A stretch of 64,000 bases of DNA, taken from positions 100,818 to 164,817 of the forward strand of contig JBBDPN010000002.1 of the NCBI GenBank assembly GCA_040876265.1. Reading direction: 5' to 3'. Below the pieces are notes generated by a model. It was not told the origin of the DNA and did no database searches. It saw only the letters and a list, made by a program, of their open reading frames with translations. Shown piece after piece: positions 28,336 to 37,419 of the stretch (positions are counted from its first letter, which is position 1; the number at the start of each line of letters is the position of its first letter). A program made the position numbers and the translations under genes. Origin of the DNA: Candidatus Woykebacteria bacterium (lineage in GTDB: Bacteria; Patescibacteriota; Microgenomatia; Woykebacterales; RBG-16-39-9b).

Positions 28336-28422
28336 CGGAGAGGGTGGGATTCGAACCCACGAAGAGCTTGCGCCCTTAGCGGTTTTCAAGACCGCCGCAC
28401 TAGTCCACTATGCGACCTCTCC
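28333..28422 (-). tRNA. tRNA-Ser(TGA)
   Basis: Cloverleaf with long variable arm, anticodon loop CTTGAAA. Confidence 0.96.
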
Positions 28423-28488
28423 ACTTCAGTTCACAGTAAGTTCACTGCAAGCTACTCAGTGGAACGTTTCCATTGAGGGTAAGCGAAA

Positions 28489-28581
28489 TGGCGGAGGGAG
28501 TGGGATTCGAACCCACGCGGCAGCTTTTAAACCACCAACGGTTTAGCAAACCGTCGCCTTAAACCACTCGGCCATCCCTCC
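28489..28581 (-). tRNA. tRNA-Ser(GCT)
   Basis: Cloverleaf with long variable arm, anticodon loop TTGCTAA. Confidence 0.96.
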
Positions 28582-28616
28582 AAACACGCCAATTTTAGCA
28601 AAAAACCCCTTCAAGT

Positions 28617-29294
28617 TCAATGAGAACTAGCCAAGGTGATACCCCACACCTTGTTTGCTCCTTTTCTTTTTATGGCTGCGCCAGCGGCTTTTAGAGTTGC
28701 TCCGGTTGTCCAGACATCGTCGAAAACGATAAAATTTCTTCCCGAAACAGTCTCTTTCGGTAAAGATTGAAAGCTCCACTTCATTTGTTTTAATCTTTCT
28801 TTTCTTTTCAACCATACCTGGGGCTGTGTTTCTCTTGTCTTTTTTAGGAACTCCGGTTCATAAACCGCTTTTATACTCTTACTAAACAAGTCTCCCAAAA
28901 CTTCGGCTTGATTAAAACCTCTCCATCTTTTGCGAGAAGCGGAGAGGGGGATTGGAACCAGTGTGTAGCCAGAAAAATCGTACTTGCCCAGAGTTTTTAT
29001 TTTTCGCAGTTCCGCTTTTAAAACTTGCCTCAGATCAGTTACAAATCTGTACTTCAACGCGGTAACAATTTCTTTCATTGGGCTTTTATACTCATATATA
29101 CAAATCAGCCCGTCCAAAGACCAACTTCCTTTGCATTTACTGTGGGTGGTACCACCAATCGCTGCTTTTAAACATACCGGACAAAAAGATTTGGCTGGTT
29201 GTATTTTCGTTCTATCCGATTCGCACAAGTAACTTCCAAATTTTCCACAAGCTACACAGGTTTTTGGAAAGATTAGATCGAGTAACCCCATCAT
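28617..29294 (-). CDS. comF: ComF family amidophosphoribosyltransferase-like competence protein
   Basis: LIFPK.C..C, RGFNQAE, DDVWTTGAT motifs. Confidence 0.92.
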   Translation of the reverse strand: MMGLLDLIFPKTCVACGKFGSYLCESDRTKIQPAKSFCPVCLKAAIGGTTHSKCKGSWSLDGLICIYEYKSPMKEIVTALKYRFVTDLRQVLKAELRKIKTLGKYDFSGYTLVPIPLSASRKRWRGFNQAEVLGDLFSKSIKAVYEPEFLKKTRETQPQVWLKRKERLKQMKWSFQSLPKETVSGRNFIVFDDVWTTGATLKAAGAAIKRKGANKVWGITLASSH

Positions 29295-29300
29295 TGATAT

Positions 29301-29422
29301 TATAGTTCGCTCCGCACTTCCCCGCTCTTACTAAGAAAGGGTGGGGTCAGTACTCCCGCGTCCTGCCTGACCGTCCGGCAGGCGGGCGACCATTTCCTCC
29401 GATCAAATCGGAGTTCGCGGTC
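29301..29422 (-). repeat. Two-hairpin structured element, copy B, with nested CCTGCCT palindrome
   Basis: Homologous to 26391-26477; 21-nt insertion at 29367-29387. Confidence 0.75.
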
Positions 29423-29428
29423 GAAGCA

Positions 29429-29461
29429 CACAAAAACCCACCTTTTAAGTGGGTTTTTGTG
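29429..29461 (-). terminator. tmRNA terminator (bidirectional hairpin)
   Basis: cacaaaaacccac-ctttta-a-gtgggtttttgtg. Confidence 0.8.
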
Positions 29462-29462
29462 A

Positions 29463-29826
29463 TGGTGGAGCTGCCCGGCTCTTCCCCGGGGTCCGAAAAA
29501 AGAAACGACTATTAGATACTACAAGCTTATCTAACCTTAAATTTCCTTTAAGCCTCCTGGTTAGAACGATAAAGCTTAAAAGTTAGGTCTAATTGTTTAA
29601 GGACCGTTTTCAAAATGACCGATTCTGAATAAGTCCTCTTGGCTAAAGTTGTATCCCACACACTCCACCAAGAAAGAGACGTGCGAGATACCCGCTTTAC
29701 GCTACTGCGTAGGCGGGAGCCAAACGTTTGTTGGCAATTGTGTTTTGATCAGATTTTTTACGGTGTTTCCAATCGCCACCGGCTTGCACCAATAGTGCTT
29801 CTCTCCCGTCGAATATATACAGCCCC
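29463..29826 (-). ncRNA. ssrA: tmRNA, tag peptide ANKRLAPAYAVA
   Basis: 5' GGGGCTG pairs with 3' CAGCTCC-ACCA including the G3:U pair; tag ORF 29735-29697; adjacent to smpB. Confidence 0.93.
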
Positions 29827-29859
29827 ATGAAATTAGATTTAAGTTGTAAGTCTTAGGAC

Positions 29860-30336
29860 TTAGGATTTGTTAAGGTGCTCTCTTTGGTACTTAAGTTTAT
29901 CGCTGCGGAGGAATTTTTGTGCTTCTTTCTCTTCCTCCCTACGTTTTATTGCTTCCCGTTTGTCGTATTTCTTCTTGCCTCTCGCGAGAGCGATCTGTAT
30001 TTTAGCATAATTGCGCATAAAATACAAGCGTGTGGGCACAATAGTCAGGTTGGTGCCGGCAAGTTTCCCAGCCAGGTAGTCGATTTCCTTTTTGTTGAGG
30101 AGTAGTTTGCGACTGCGACGACTATCAGTATCTGCCAAAGCCCCTTTTTCATACGCCGCTATGTGCGCGTTTGTTAGAAAAGCTTCGCCCCCGCGCAGTA
30201 ATACATAAGCTTCATCCAGGGATATTTTACCGGCTCGAACTTGCTTTATCTCATCACCGGTTAGCACGATACCAGCTTCGATTTTCTCCAAAAGTTCATA
30301 GTTGAACCCTGCTTTTTTATTAACAATCGGTTTCAT
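29860..30336 (-). CDS. smpB: SsrA-binding protein
   Basis: NKKA.FNY, EAGIVLTG.EIK, RKLLL, GKKKYDKRE. Confidence 0.97.
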   Translation of the reverse strand: MKPIVNKKAGFNYELLEKIEAGIVLTGDEIKQVRAGKISLDEAYVLLRGGEAFLTNAHIAAYEKGALADTDSRRSRKLLLNKKEIDYLAGKLAGTNLTIVPTRLYFMRNYAKIQIALARGKKKYDKREAIKRREEEKEAQKFLRSDKLKYQREHLNKS

Positions 30337-32291
30337 TTTAACCTAAGTGACTTGACCCCATCTTTAACAAGCACGTAAACAGTTTTCGCAGCCTCGTTTA
30401 CAACTATAGCATCGGCGTCCTTTAAATCTTTATTTTTGTAAAATCCCAGGTATTTACCACTGCTTTTTTCAACAACAAAAATTCCACTCTGACCCTTATC
30501 TAAAATGTAAAGATTTTTAAGCCCTTCGCCGGTGAAAATATTAGCTATATCGGCGAAGGGTTTTGGCAAATTTGTAATTGAAAATGGATCTTCCCCTCCG
30601 GCAAAGAATTTAAAAATTTTATCTTTACTGGAAACCCACAAAGCTCCATCAACCGCAAAACTGGTTGGGTCAAATTTCAGTTCTTGCGAAAAGTAATTTT
30701 GCGGCCCTCCAAGACCATTACCAGCCGGAACGTACTTCCAAATCTGGTTCGCTGTCGGATCCAATAAATAAAGGTTGCCTCTATAAGCATCGGCAGCGAT
30801 AATTTTTTTCCACTCTTGTGAAGCTGAGGTTACACTTGTTTCAGCCCCTGTTTCAATATCAACCTTGAAAATTCCATCATTAGTCTGAGTATAAAGAGCG
30901 CTTCCGGAAACGGCTATATTTTGAAGTCCCTTTTTTTCTGAAACTATTATCGATGGTTCGCTGGTTGCCAAATCCACTTTGTAAACAGAACCGGTTCCAC
31001 TATCAAGCACGAGAACGGCCCCGGAGGCAAACTTTAATCCAGAAGTTTTTACCCCTCCTTTCAGAACCGAAAGGTCTGCTGCGTTTGTCAAGGTTACCGA
31101 GAAAATCTTATTTATTTGGGCAAAAAGGCTTTCTAGCTTTTTTTGTAATTCCTTTACTTTTAGATCGTTTTCCGAAAGCTTATCCAAAGCATCAGCGGCT
31201 TCTTGCAAATAGGTTGCGGCTTGGGCGGAATTTATGTCTTTCAGATTTTCCGCATCTTCAAGTTTATTTTCGATAGTATTGATTGCTTTTTCATATTTTT
31301 CCCTGCTTTGCCGACTGTTGTGGTTGACAAACCCAACCACGATACTTATGAGCAAAAGAGCCGCCAAAAATACCACAATTTGGAAAACCCTTTGACGTTT
31401 ACGCACGGTCCGATCACCCAATTCACCAGGTTGCGGCGGAAGCCAAGGCGAGAGGATAAAAAATGAAATTCTTCTTAGGGCTTCTTTTACATAAGGCGCC
31501 GCTTTACGGGTTAGCTCTTTCGCCTTTACCCAATACTTGTCCAAAAAAGATAATTTATTTGGTAGTGCTCGGAAAAAAGGCAAGATTTTTTCTTTCCAAA
31601 CCTCTGATCTCGTCACTACCAGTACAACACCGCTCCCTTTATCCTTGTCCAAATCGGCAATAAATACTGGCTGAACTGTTTCTACCGGCTCCTGAACAGA
31701 AAGTCGGACGCAAAAGGCGGTGCCTTCTCTCTCCTGTACCGCTTGCTTAATGGTACGCACAAGCTCATTAAAATCATCTCCACTGGCGAACTGGCCCAAA
31801 AAATCAATTCCTACGTTTGCCAAAAACTTTGGGTCAACGAAAAATACTGTATCCTTGTCTTTTAAAACTCCAGAAGCCGTTCTAACTACTTCTATTTTTC
31901 TAGCTTTGCCATCTCTTACCAAAACTACCCCAGTATCCCCTAACTTGGTCACATAGAGTACGGAACCCCACAGGTTGCCAATCACTAAGTCTGCTTTCAA
32001 TGCCTGCTGTTTCAAGCTGGCCGAAAACTGGTTGAGAGCTTCCTCCAAAACCTTTAAATTGCTTCCAGAAGCTGTATAGAAATAATTTTTGAAGCTATCA
32101 AAAAGCTGACGCGCCAAAATTAATTTTTTATCTTCAGGTTGGTCGCCGGCTAAAGCAATTAGGAAAAATAGAGAGCCTCGAGTTTGCTTTAATTCCTCCT
32201 CATCAGGCGTAGACTGGAAAGTAAAAGTGGCAGCTCCATCTTCTTTTTTTCCGCGTATTTCACTAGTCTGGGAAAACAAAATCTTTTCCAT
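30333..32291 (-). CDS. Conserved hypothetical protein (degenerate PP2C-like N-domain, TM, beta-propeller-like C-domain)
   Basis: Domain layout by inspection; NLYLLD..ANQIWKY and LYILD repeats. Confidence 0.7.
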   Translation of the reverse strand: MEKILFSQTSEIRGKKEDGAATFTFQSTPDEEELKQTRGSLFFLIALAGDQPEDKKLILARQLFDSFKNYFYTASGSNLKVLEEALNQFSASLKQQALKADLVIGNLWGSVLYVTKLGDTGVVLVRDGKARKIEVVRTASGVLKDKDTVFFVDPKFLANVGIDFLGQFASGDDFNELVRTIKQAVQEREGTAFCVRLSVQEPVETVQPVFIADLDKDKGSGVVLVVTRSEVWKEKILPFFRALPNKLSFLDKYWVKAKELTRKAAPYVKEALRRISFFILSPWLPPQPGELGDRTVRKRQRVFQIVVFLAALLLISIVVGFVNHNSRQSREKYEKAINTIENKLEDAENLKDINSAQAATYLQEAADALDKLSENDLKVKELQKKLESLFAQINKIFSVTLTNAADLSVLKGGVKTSGLKFASGAVLVLDSGTGSVYKVDLATSEPSIIVSEKKGLQNIAVSGSALYTQTNDGIFKVDIETGAETSVTSASQEWKKIIAADAYRGNLYLLDPTANQIWKYVPAGNGLGGPQNYFSQELKFDPTSFAVDGALWVSSKDKIFKFFAGGEDPFSITNLPKPFADIANIFTGEGLKNLYILDKGQSGIFVVEKSSGKYLGFYKNKDLKDADAIVVNEAAKTVYVLVKDGVKSLRLK

Positions 32292-32294
32292 GGT

Positions 32295-32555
32295 TTAGTT
32301 GAGAATTAACAACAAGATGTTTGTGACCAAGAGAGCTAACGTTGCAAATAAATGTGTCAAAGCTAACGTATTTAGCAGCTCCCCTCTTGCCGTAGTAATA
32401 CTTTTATTCAAAATTCTAACTTGTTTTAAAACCAAAAACGCAAAAATCGTATACAGAGCCAGCCCAAAGAGTAAAAGCAAAAGGATCACAAAATCTACTT
32501 TCGCCACTAGATCGCCGCTTATATTATTGAGTTGGCTGATAAGATCTAGGTTCAT
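32295..32555 (-). CDS. Small membrane hypothetical protein
   Basis: 2 TM, LY.IFA.LV.KQV.IL pattern. Confidence 0.7.
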   Translation of the reverse strand: MNLDLISQLNNISGDLVAKVDFVILLLLLFGLALYTIFAFLVLKQVRILNKSITTARGELLNTLALTHLFATLALLVTNILLLILN

Positions 32556-33102
32556 GATGACCCGCTACCCCTCCTTTATACTTTGCTACTAGGTTCAAAA
32601 TCTGTTGGACACTGCCTTCCGGGTCTGGTATAGCGTGAAACTCAAAGTTAGGTAACGTACCGGCAGTTTGAATGTGAACATCTCCAAAATCAAAAAAATT
32701 TTGTAACACACCGTGCTTTGAATAGGTAACGTCTTCGACATTCCTTAAAGTCGTCTGGGAAATTTTCCTATGAAAAAGTCCAAAAAAATCAATATCTACA
32801 AGTCGTTTATTGGTGAGTACGTAAATATTGAAATACCAATGCAAAAACCACTGGAAAGCCCCACCGGCTATAACCAAGTCAAACACCAAAATTGATAAAT
32901 ACACTGTAGTTGGCTCTAGCGGCAACTCAAAAAACTGATTATTCGGCAAAAAGGCGACAACCCCCGTAGACAAAATTAATAAGAAGACCGCGACTAATAC
33001 CCAACCCACATTTATTATCGCGTGGGGTCTTAAAAAAAATAAAGTTTCTTCTTGCTTGTCTTCACCCTCAAATCTTAAATTCCGGTAATCTTGTGCTTGC
33101 AT
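32524..33102 (-). CDS. Membrane protein with bacterial PH domain
   Basis: YVLTNKRLVD, FDFGDVHIQTAG. Confidence 0.85.
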   Translation of the reverse strand: MQAQDYRNLRFEGEDKQEETLFFLRPHAIINVGWVLVAVFLLILSTGVVAFLPNNQFFELPLEPTTVYLSILVFDLVIAGGAFQWFLHWYFNIYVLTNKRLVDIDFFGLFHRKISQTTLRNVEDVTYSKHGVLQNFFDFGDVHIQTAGTLPNFEFHAIPDPEGSVQQILNLVAKYKGGVAGHHEPRSYQPTQ

Positions 33103-33151
33103 AGTTAAATTGTAACCACCAGACAAACCTTGGTCAATTAAAATCTAGATG

Positions 33152-34912
33152 TCACTTAATTAGAACGTCGTAGAGAGAGGTCAAAATAACCAAATTTCCA
33201 AGTGAGCGCAGGTTAAATATTGACCGGAAGAAGCTTCCGGAAAACGTTTTACCAGTTGGATATTTGTTGCTTACGAATGTTAACGACGAGGTATGGCCCT
33301 TACCGTCAAAAGCGGTGATAACATTTGAAAGCGTTCCCACATCTTTAACCCCTAGTTTACTCAGCTCGCTTCTGACTTTACTGGCGGTCCAGCCAGGAGT
33401 ACGACCAGGACAGGCCGGGTTTTGGGAAAGATATTGATTATAATTACTGCTCTTTTGAGAAAGTAAGGCGGCGTTGAAGAGGTCAGTTATTTCTGCCTTT
33501 GTCAGCCAAGGAAAGGCCCCGGAGCAGCCCTTTCCGTTCCAAAAAGTATGGTACCAAGGACTACCACCGTACTTTGGGCCATCATAGGCTCCTTTGGGTC
33601 CAAAGTCTTTGATACCGCTAGCATAGGCTCGGGCACTACCCCAAACCTCTTGAGAAGAAAGGGTGTAACCACCGGCAGTGGATGCGTACCAAGCGGTAAT
33701 CGGCGAACCCGCGTAAGTTATCACAACTCCTTTTGTCGCGTTTACGGCCGAGCACCAGCGGCTATTATAAGTACCACTGCAGTTTAATTTATCGCTACTT
33801 GGACTGTAAACTTGGCATGATTGGCTGGTACAGATCGCGCTACCGGGGTTGGCCTGTATCCAATTCAAAGCGTAGGTACGAGCAGCAACTGCCTGAGCCT
33901 TCAGAGCTTCCATGTGCCAACTGCGCGGCATTTCGGAAATCCCTCTCAGGTAATTGCCCTCAAAAGAAATGTTTCCGTAGCCAGCCACATTTATCTTACT
34001 AGGAACTGGGTAGCTTCCCACCGAAACGCTCTTGTAGTAAGCCTTTAAAATGGTTTTGTAACTTTGGCCCGCAAGAGCCCGGCCGTATGCACCATACTGA
34101 CTCATGCCAACCCGGTGAGGGTAACCGTAAGTTAGAAATACGTAGGCGGGTGAAAATCCAGCGTTTGGTAAGGGCTCTGAAACAGGAGCGACATCACCAA
34201 CACTTTGGTTTTTTGAAGCTTTGGCAAGTTTCTCGGATATTAGCTTCTTTTGGGTGGAGGTTAGATTTTTCAGTGAAGACTCTATTTGGCCCACCTGGTA
34301 GGAAAGGAAATTTTGCTGGTTACTACTGGAAGCGATCTGGCCTTGGACAGCCGCGTATCTGGCAGCAATGGAGGCGGCCGCAGCTTCAAGATCATCTTTG
34401 ACAACCGCGATCTCATCACGAGTTTTCTGTATTTCCAGGACTTCTTCGTTAACAGCCGTGATGAGGTCTTTACTGGTATCAAGCACTTGTTTTTGAAATC
34501 CGGATAGGAGCGCAAAATCAGAAAATCCACCACTACTGATAAACAGTTCCAAGGGCGAGTCGCCAGGGTGTTTGTAGAGGAAACGCATTTGTTGGTCCCG
34601 GATATTTATCGCCACTTGCAGCTGGTCTCTTTTCTCGCTCAGATCTGCCTCCACTTGCGCCAAATCCTTTCTTATTGCCGCCACTTTTTTATTTGCACCA
34701 TCAAGCTCTGCGCTCGTGGTATAGGCAGCCGAATTTAGGGCGTTTATTTGCAGCTTTATATCCTCGATAGCTTTTTGGGTATCAGAGTACTCTTTGTTTT
34801 TCTGATCTATCTGTTTTTGCACATTGAGAAGATCATCCGCACTCGCAGCGGTGATTGATATGGTGAAAAGCAAACAAAATAGAAAGAAAAGACGGGCAGC
34901 TCTTTTTAGCAT
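33152..34912 (-). CDS. SpoIID/LytB domain lytic transglycosylase with coiled-coil stalk
   Basis: HRVGMSQYGA, EM..SW..EALKAQAVAARTY, CQVY. Confidence 0.9.
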   Translation of the reverse strand: MLKRAARLFFLFCLLFTISITAASADDLLNVQKQIDQKNKEYSDTQKAIEDIKLQINALNSAAYTTSAELDGANKKVAAIRKDLAQVEADLSEKRDQLQVAINIRDQQMRFLYKHPGDSPLELFISSGGFSDFALLSGFQKQVLDTSKDLITAVNEEVLEIQKTRDEIAVVKDDLEAAAASIAARYAAVQGQIASSSNQQNFLSYQVGQIESSLKNLTSTQKKLISEKLAKASKNQSVGDVAPVSEPLPNAGFSPAYVFLTYGYPHRVGMSQYGAYGRALAGQSYKTILKAYYKSVSVGSYPVPSKINVAGYGNISFEGNYLRGISEMPRSWHMEALKAQAVAARTYALNWIQANPGSAICTSQSCQVYSPSSDKLNCSGTYNSRWCSAVNATKGVVITYAGSPITAWYASTAGGYTLSSQEVWGSARAYASGIKDFGPKGAYDGPKYGGSPWYHTFWNGKGCSGAFPWLTKAEITDLFNAALLSQKSSNYNQYLSQNPACPGRTPGWTASKVRSELSKLGVKDVGTLSNVITAFDGKGHTSSLTFVSNKYPTGKTFSGSFFRSIFNLRSLGNLVILTSLYDVLIK

Positions 34913-35161
34913 ATTTTAGGTTGATTAGTACTAATATTTTAACCTATAAGTGCAACCTAAACAACTTTGTGTCGAAAAAAACTCTAACCAGGCAAAAGTT
35001 GCCTGGCGCAGGATTCGGGAATACTTGAAGAATTAAGAAGCTTGAAAATTCTGAAAGTATGGAGAATTCTATAGCCACAACAAACTCAACCTTACTGGCC
35101 CCTAACCTCTGGTCTCTTAATCAACAATTCCCATTCAATAGCTGTTCCCTGTTAGCTATTT

Positions 35162-35217
35162 GATAGGCAAGTGTACTTGCCTATCGTTTGACACCCACCG
35201 ACCCACCAAGCTAAAAT
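35162..35217 (+). promoter_or_regulatory. Pilin-cluster promoter preceded by a 10-bp perfect inverted repeat
   Basis: gataggcaag-tgta-cttgcctatc then TTGACA-N18-TAAAAT. Confidence 0.6.
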
Positions 35218-35235
35218 TAAACTAATCAACCTGCC

Positions 35236-36003
35236 ATGAAAAAAATCTCTCTACCGAGCGTAACTTTCCTAATCTTATCATTGATTGGCCTTATCTTTCT
35301 TCATCAGAAGGTGGCGGCCCAAGAAGTTTTCGTCGGATCGCTTATTAATGATAATAAAACGCTATCCAGCATATCATTTACAGGTCTGAAGCCTGGTCAC
35401 TACTACATAGTTGAGCTGACTGGAAGATGGGGTGAAAGAGACTATTTGGAAGGAACAGACGATAAGCAACTCCACCTGGCCAGTAGTAGTGGAGTAGTCA
35501 AGATAGGGTCGATATGTGAAAACGGAGAAGGTGACAGGGACAACTGCGGCGAGGAGTTCCATTCAGGTGATTACAATATGAGAGTACTTGAGTTTAATGG
35601 CACTCCAACTAGCCTTCGAATTGATGATCAGTGGGATCAGATAGGAGCTGTAGTAACCGCTTATTCCTTTAATGTGGACGAGGATGGCAACGTTGGCGAC
35701 GTTGTTGAGTCGCCAGGTGGTGCTGTAATTGGTGATCCAGACTTAACTCGCGATCCAAATCCAAACGCCAGAGAGGCCGCAAATACATTTCTTGGCTTTG
35801 GCCTTGGGACGGCGGGTGGGATAGCATTCCTGCTGATGGTGTTTGGAGCGTATCGGTTGATATTTGCCGCTGGAAATCCAGAGAGCATTCAGCAGGGTAG
35901 AGAAGTGATCACCGCTGCTATTGCCGGCCTGCTGGTTATTGTCTTTGCGGTGTTTATCCTGCGCTTCCTTGGCTACACTATTCTGAACATTGGAGGTCTC
36001 TGA
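35236..36003 (+). CDS. VirB2/TrbC-like pilin with large N-terminal extracellular domain
   Basis: Signal peptide; C-terminal GAYRLIFAAGNPESIQQGREVITAAIAGL. Confidence 0.82.
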   Translation: MKKISLPSVTFLILSLIGLIFLHQKVAAQEVFVGSLINDNKTLSSISFTGLKPGHYYIVELTGRWGERDYLEGTDDKQLHLASSSGVVKIGSICENGEGDRDNCGEEFHSGDYNMRVLEFNGTPTSLRIDDQWDQIGAVVTAYSFNVDEDGNVGDVVESPGGAVIGDPDLTRDPNPNAREAANTFLGFGLGTAGGIAFLLMVFGAYRLIFAAGNPESIQQGREVITAAIAGLLVIVFAVFILRFLGYTILNIGGL

Positions 36004-36609
36004 ATGGACGACTGGTTTGGAGTTAGTGGTGGTGCGAATTTTTCAAACATAGGTGAGGCTATTTCTTTACTTCTACTGCCTATCTTCACTTTGGCGGGGA
36101 TGATCGCCCTTCTTTTTGTTATGTGGGGAGGGCTACGCTATATGCTTTCCCGTGGCGATCCAAAGGCTGCCGAGGCGGCCCGCGGTACTTTGACCAGCGC
36201 GATAATTGGGCTTCTGATAGTGCTTTTTTCAGCGGCTATTTTTGTTATTTTTGCAGACATCCTAAGGATTGATATTTTCGTCGGTGCTGTACCGACAGCG
36301 CAAGCAGCTGTATCTATCGGTGACACGGTACGGTTGGGTGGTGGCCTTCGAATAGGGTTCTTTCAGAACATCGGCCAAGTGTTTTCCGGATTTGTCTTGT
36401 TAGCACTGGCGGCCGCAGCCCTGATTTTTCTGGGGATGATGATCTGGGGTGGTATTCGCTACCTAAATGCTGGTGGCAACCCGGAAAATGCTGAATCTGC
36501 CCGTAGCACCCTCACCAGCGCCGGAATCGGTCTATTGATTATTGTAGCTGCTTTCCTGATAATAGAACTAGCAACTAACGTGATCGGGCTAGCCAGCATC
36601 TTTAATTAA
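36004..36609 (+). CDS. Tandem double VirB2-like pilin
   Basis: Two WGG.RY...G(D/N)P..AE.AR.TLTSA.IGL units. Confidence 0.85.
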   Translation: MDDWFGVSGGANFSNIGEAISLLLLPIFTLAGMIALLFVMWGGLRYMLSRGDPKAAEAARGTLTSAIIGLLIVLFSAAIFVIFADILRIDIFVGAVPTAQAAVSIGDTVRLGGGLRIGFFQNIGQVFSGFVLLALAAAALIFLGMMIWGGIRYLNAGGNPENAESARSTLTSAGIGLLIIVAAFLIIELATNVIGLASIFN

Positions 36610-36611
36610 TT

Positions 36612-36920
36612 ATGGGGCCTTCTGTAGGAAAAATAGCCTTACCATCACTGGCTTTTCTAAACATCGGCGGTATCGTGGGTAATTTACTTACCATTGCTTT
36701 TTTTGCCGCTGCTTTATTTTTTCTTATCCAAGTTGCTATCGGTGGTATATCGTGGATAAACGCCGGCGGTGATCCCAAAACCCTTGAAGCAGCTCGTGGC
36801 CGGATTACGAACGCCGTAATTGGCATTGTAATTGTTGCCGCCGCTTTTGCAATCACTATCATCGTCACCACAGCTCTGGGAATAAATATTTTTAAAGCCG
36901 GTGGCATCACTATACCTTAA
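36612..36920 (+). CDS. VirB2-like pilin
   Basis: GGISWINAGGDPKTLEAARGRITNAVIG. Confidence 0.85.
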   Translation: MGPSVGKIALPSLAFLNIGGIVGNLLTIAFFAAALFFLIQVAIGGISWINAGGDPKTLEAARGRITNAVIGIVIVAAAFAITIIVTTALGINIFKAGGITIP

Positions 36921-36992
36921 AGAACCGCTTGCATTGCTTGTTTACTTTTGTATAAAATAATAGGAGGAGGTGAGTTTTAAAAGAAAGACGTT

Positions 36993-37376
36993 ATGAAAAA
37001 AATATTAACTGCCGCTACTTCGCTAGGATTTTTACTTTCATCGGCTGCACCAGCACTTGCAGCTGAGTTTACATTTGTAGGGGACGTGCCGTTTAGAAAT
37101 CTTGGGGAGCTGCTTGGAAATCTGTTAATCCTTATCTTCGCCGGTGCCGCTATTTTGGCCTTTATCTTTATTGTCATCGGGGGCTTGCAGTGGATAACCG
37201 CTGGGGGTGACAAAATGGCTGCTCAGTCCGCTCGAGATAGGATTACCGCTGCGGTCGTCGGTCTAGTAATTATCGTCGCCGCGTTTGCGTTGACTCTGAT
37301 CATCACCACTGTACTTGGTGTAAACATATTCGAAGGGACCATTGTCTTCCCAGAGCCAGAAACACCGGTATTCTAG
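36993..37376 (+). CDS. VirB2-like pilin (likely major; own promoter and strong SD-like sequence)
   Basis: Signal peptide; GGLQWITAGGDKMAAQSARDRITAAVVG. Confidence 0.87.
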   Translation: MKKILTAATSLGFLLSSAAPALAAEFTFVGDVPFRNLGELLGNLLILIFAGAAILAFIFIVIGGLQWITAGGDKMAAQSARDRITAAVVGLVIIVAAFALTLIITTVLGVNIFEGTIVFPEPETPVF

Positions 37377-37419
37377 AACCAAATTGACGCCGATTTCTTG
37401 ATTGGTTAAAATCTATTTA

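Larger units (their letters stand above)
27194..28338. mobile_element. Decayed serine-recombinase mini-island at the 3' end of tRNA-Ser(TGA)
   Basis: TGGCGG at both ends, recombinase peptide remnant, 13-bp direct repeat, XRE regulator and MgtE cargo. Confidence 0.65.

Noticed and set aside
28273-28476. 67-aa ORF as a real gene
   Set aside because: Mostly antisense tRNA-Ser; only the first part is a recombinase remnant
29639-29830. 63-aa plus-strand ORF
   Set aside because: Antisense to tmRNA
35059-35163. 34-codon ORF MENSIATT... upstream of the pilins
   Set aside because: No SD or recognisable features; cannot be supported
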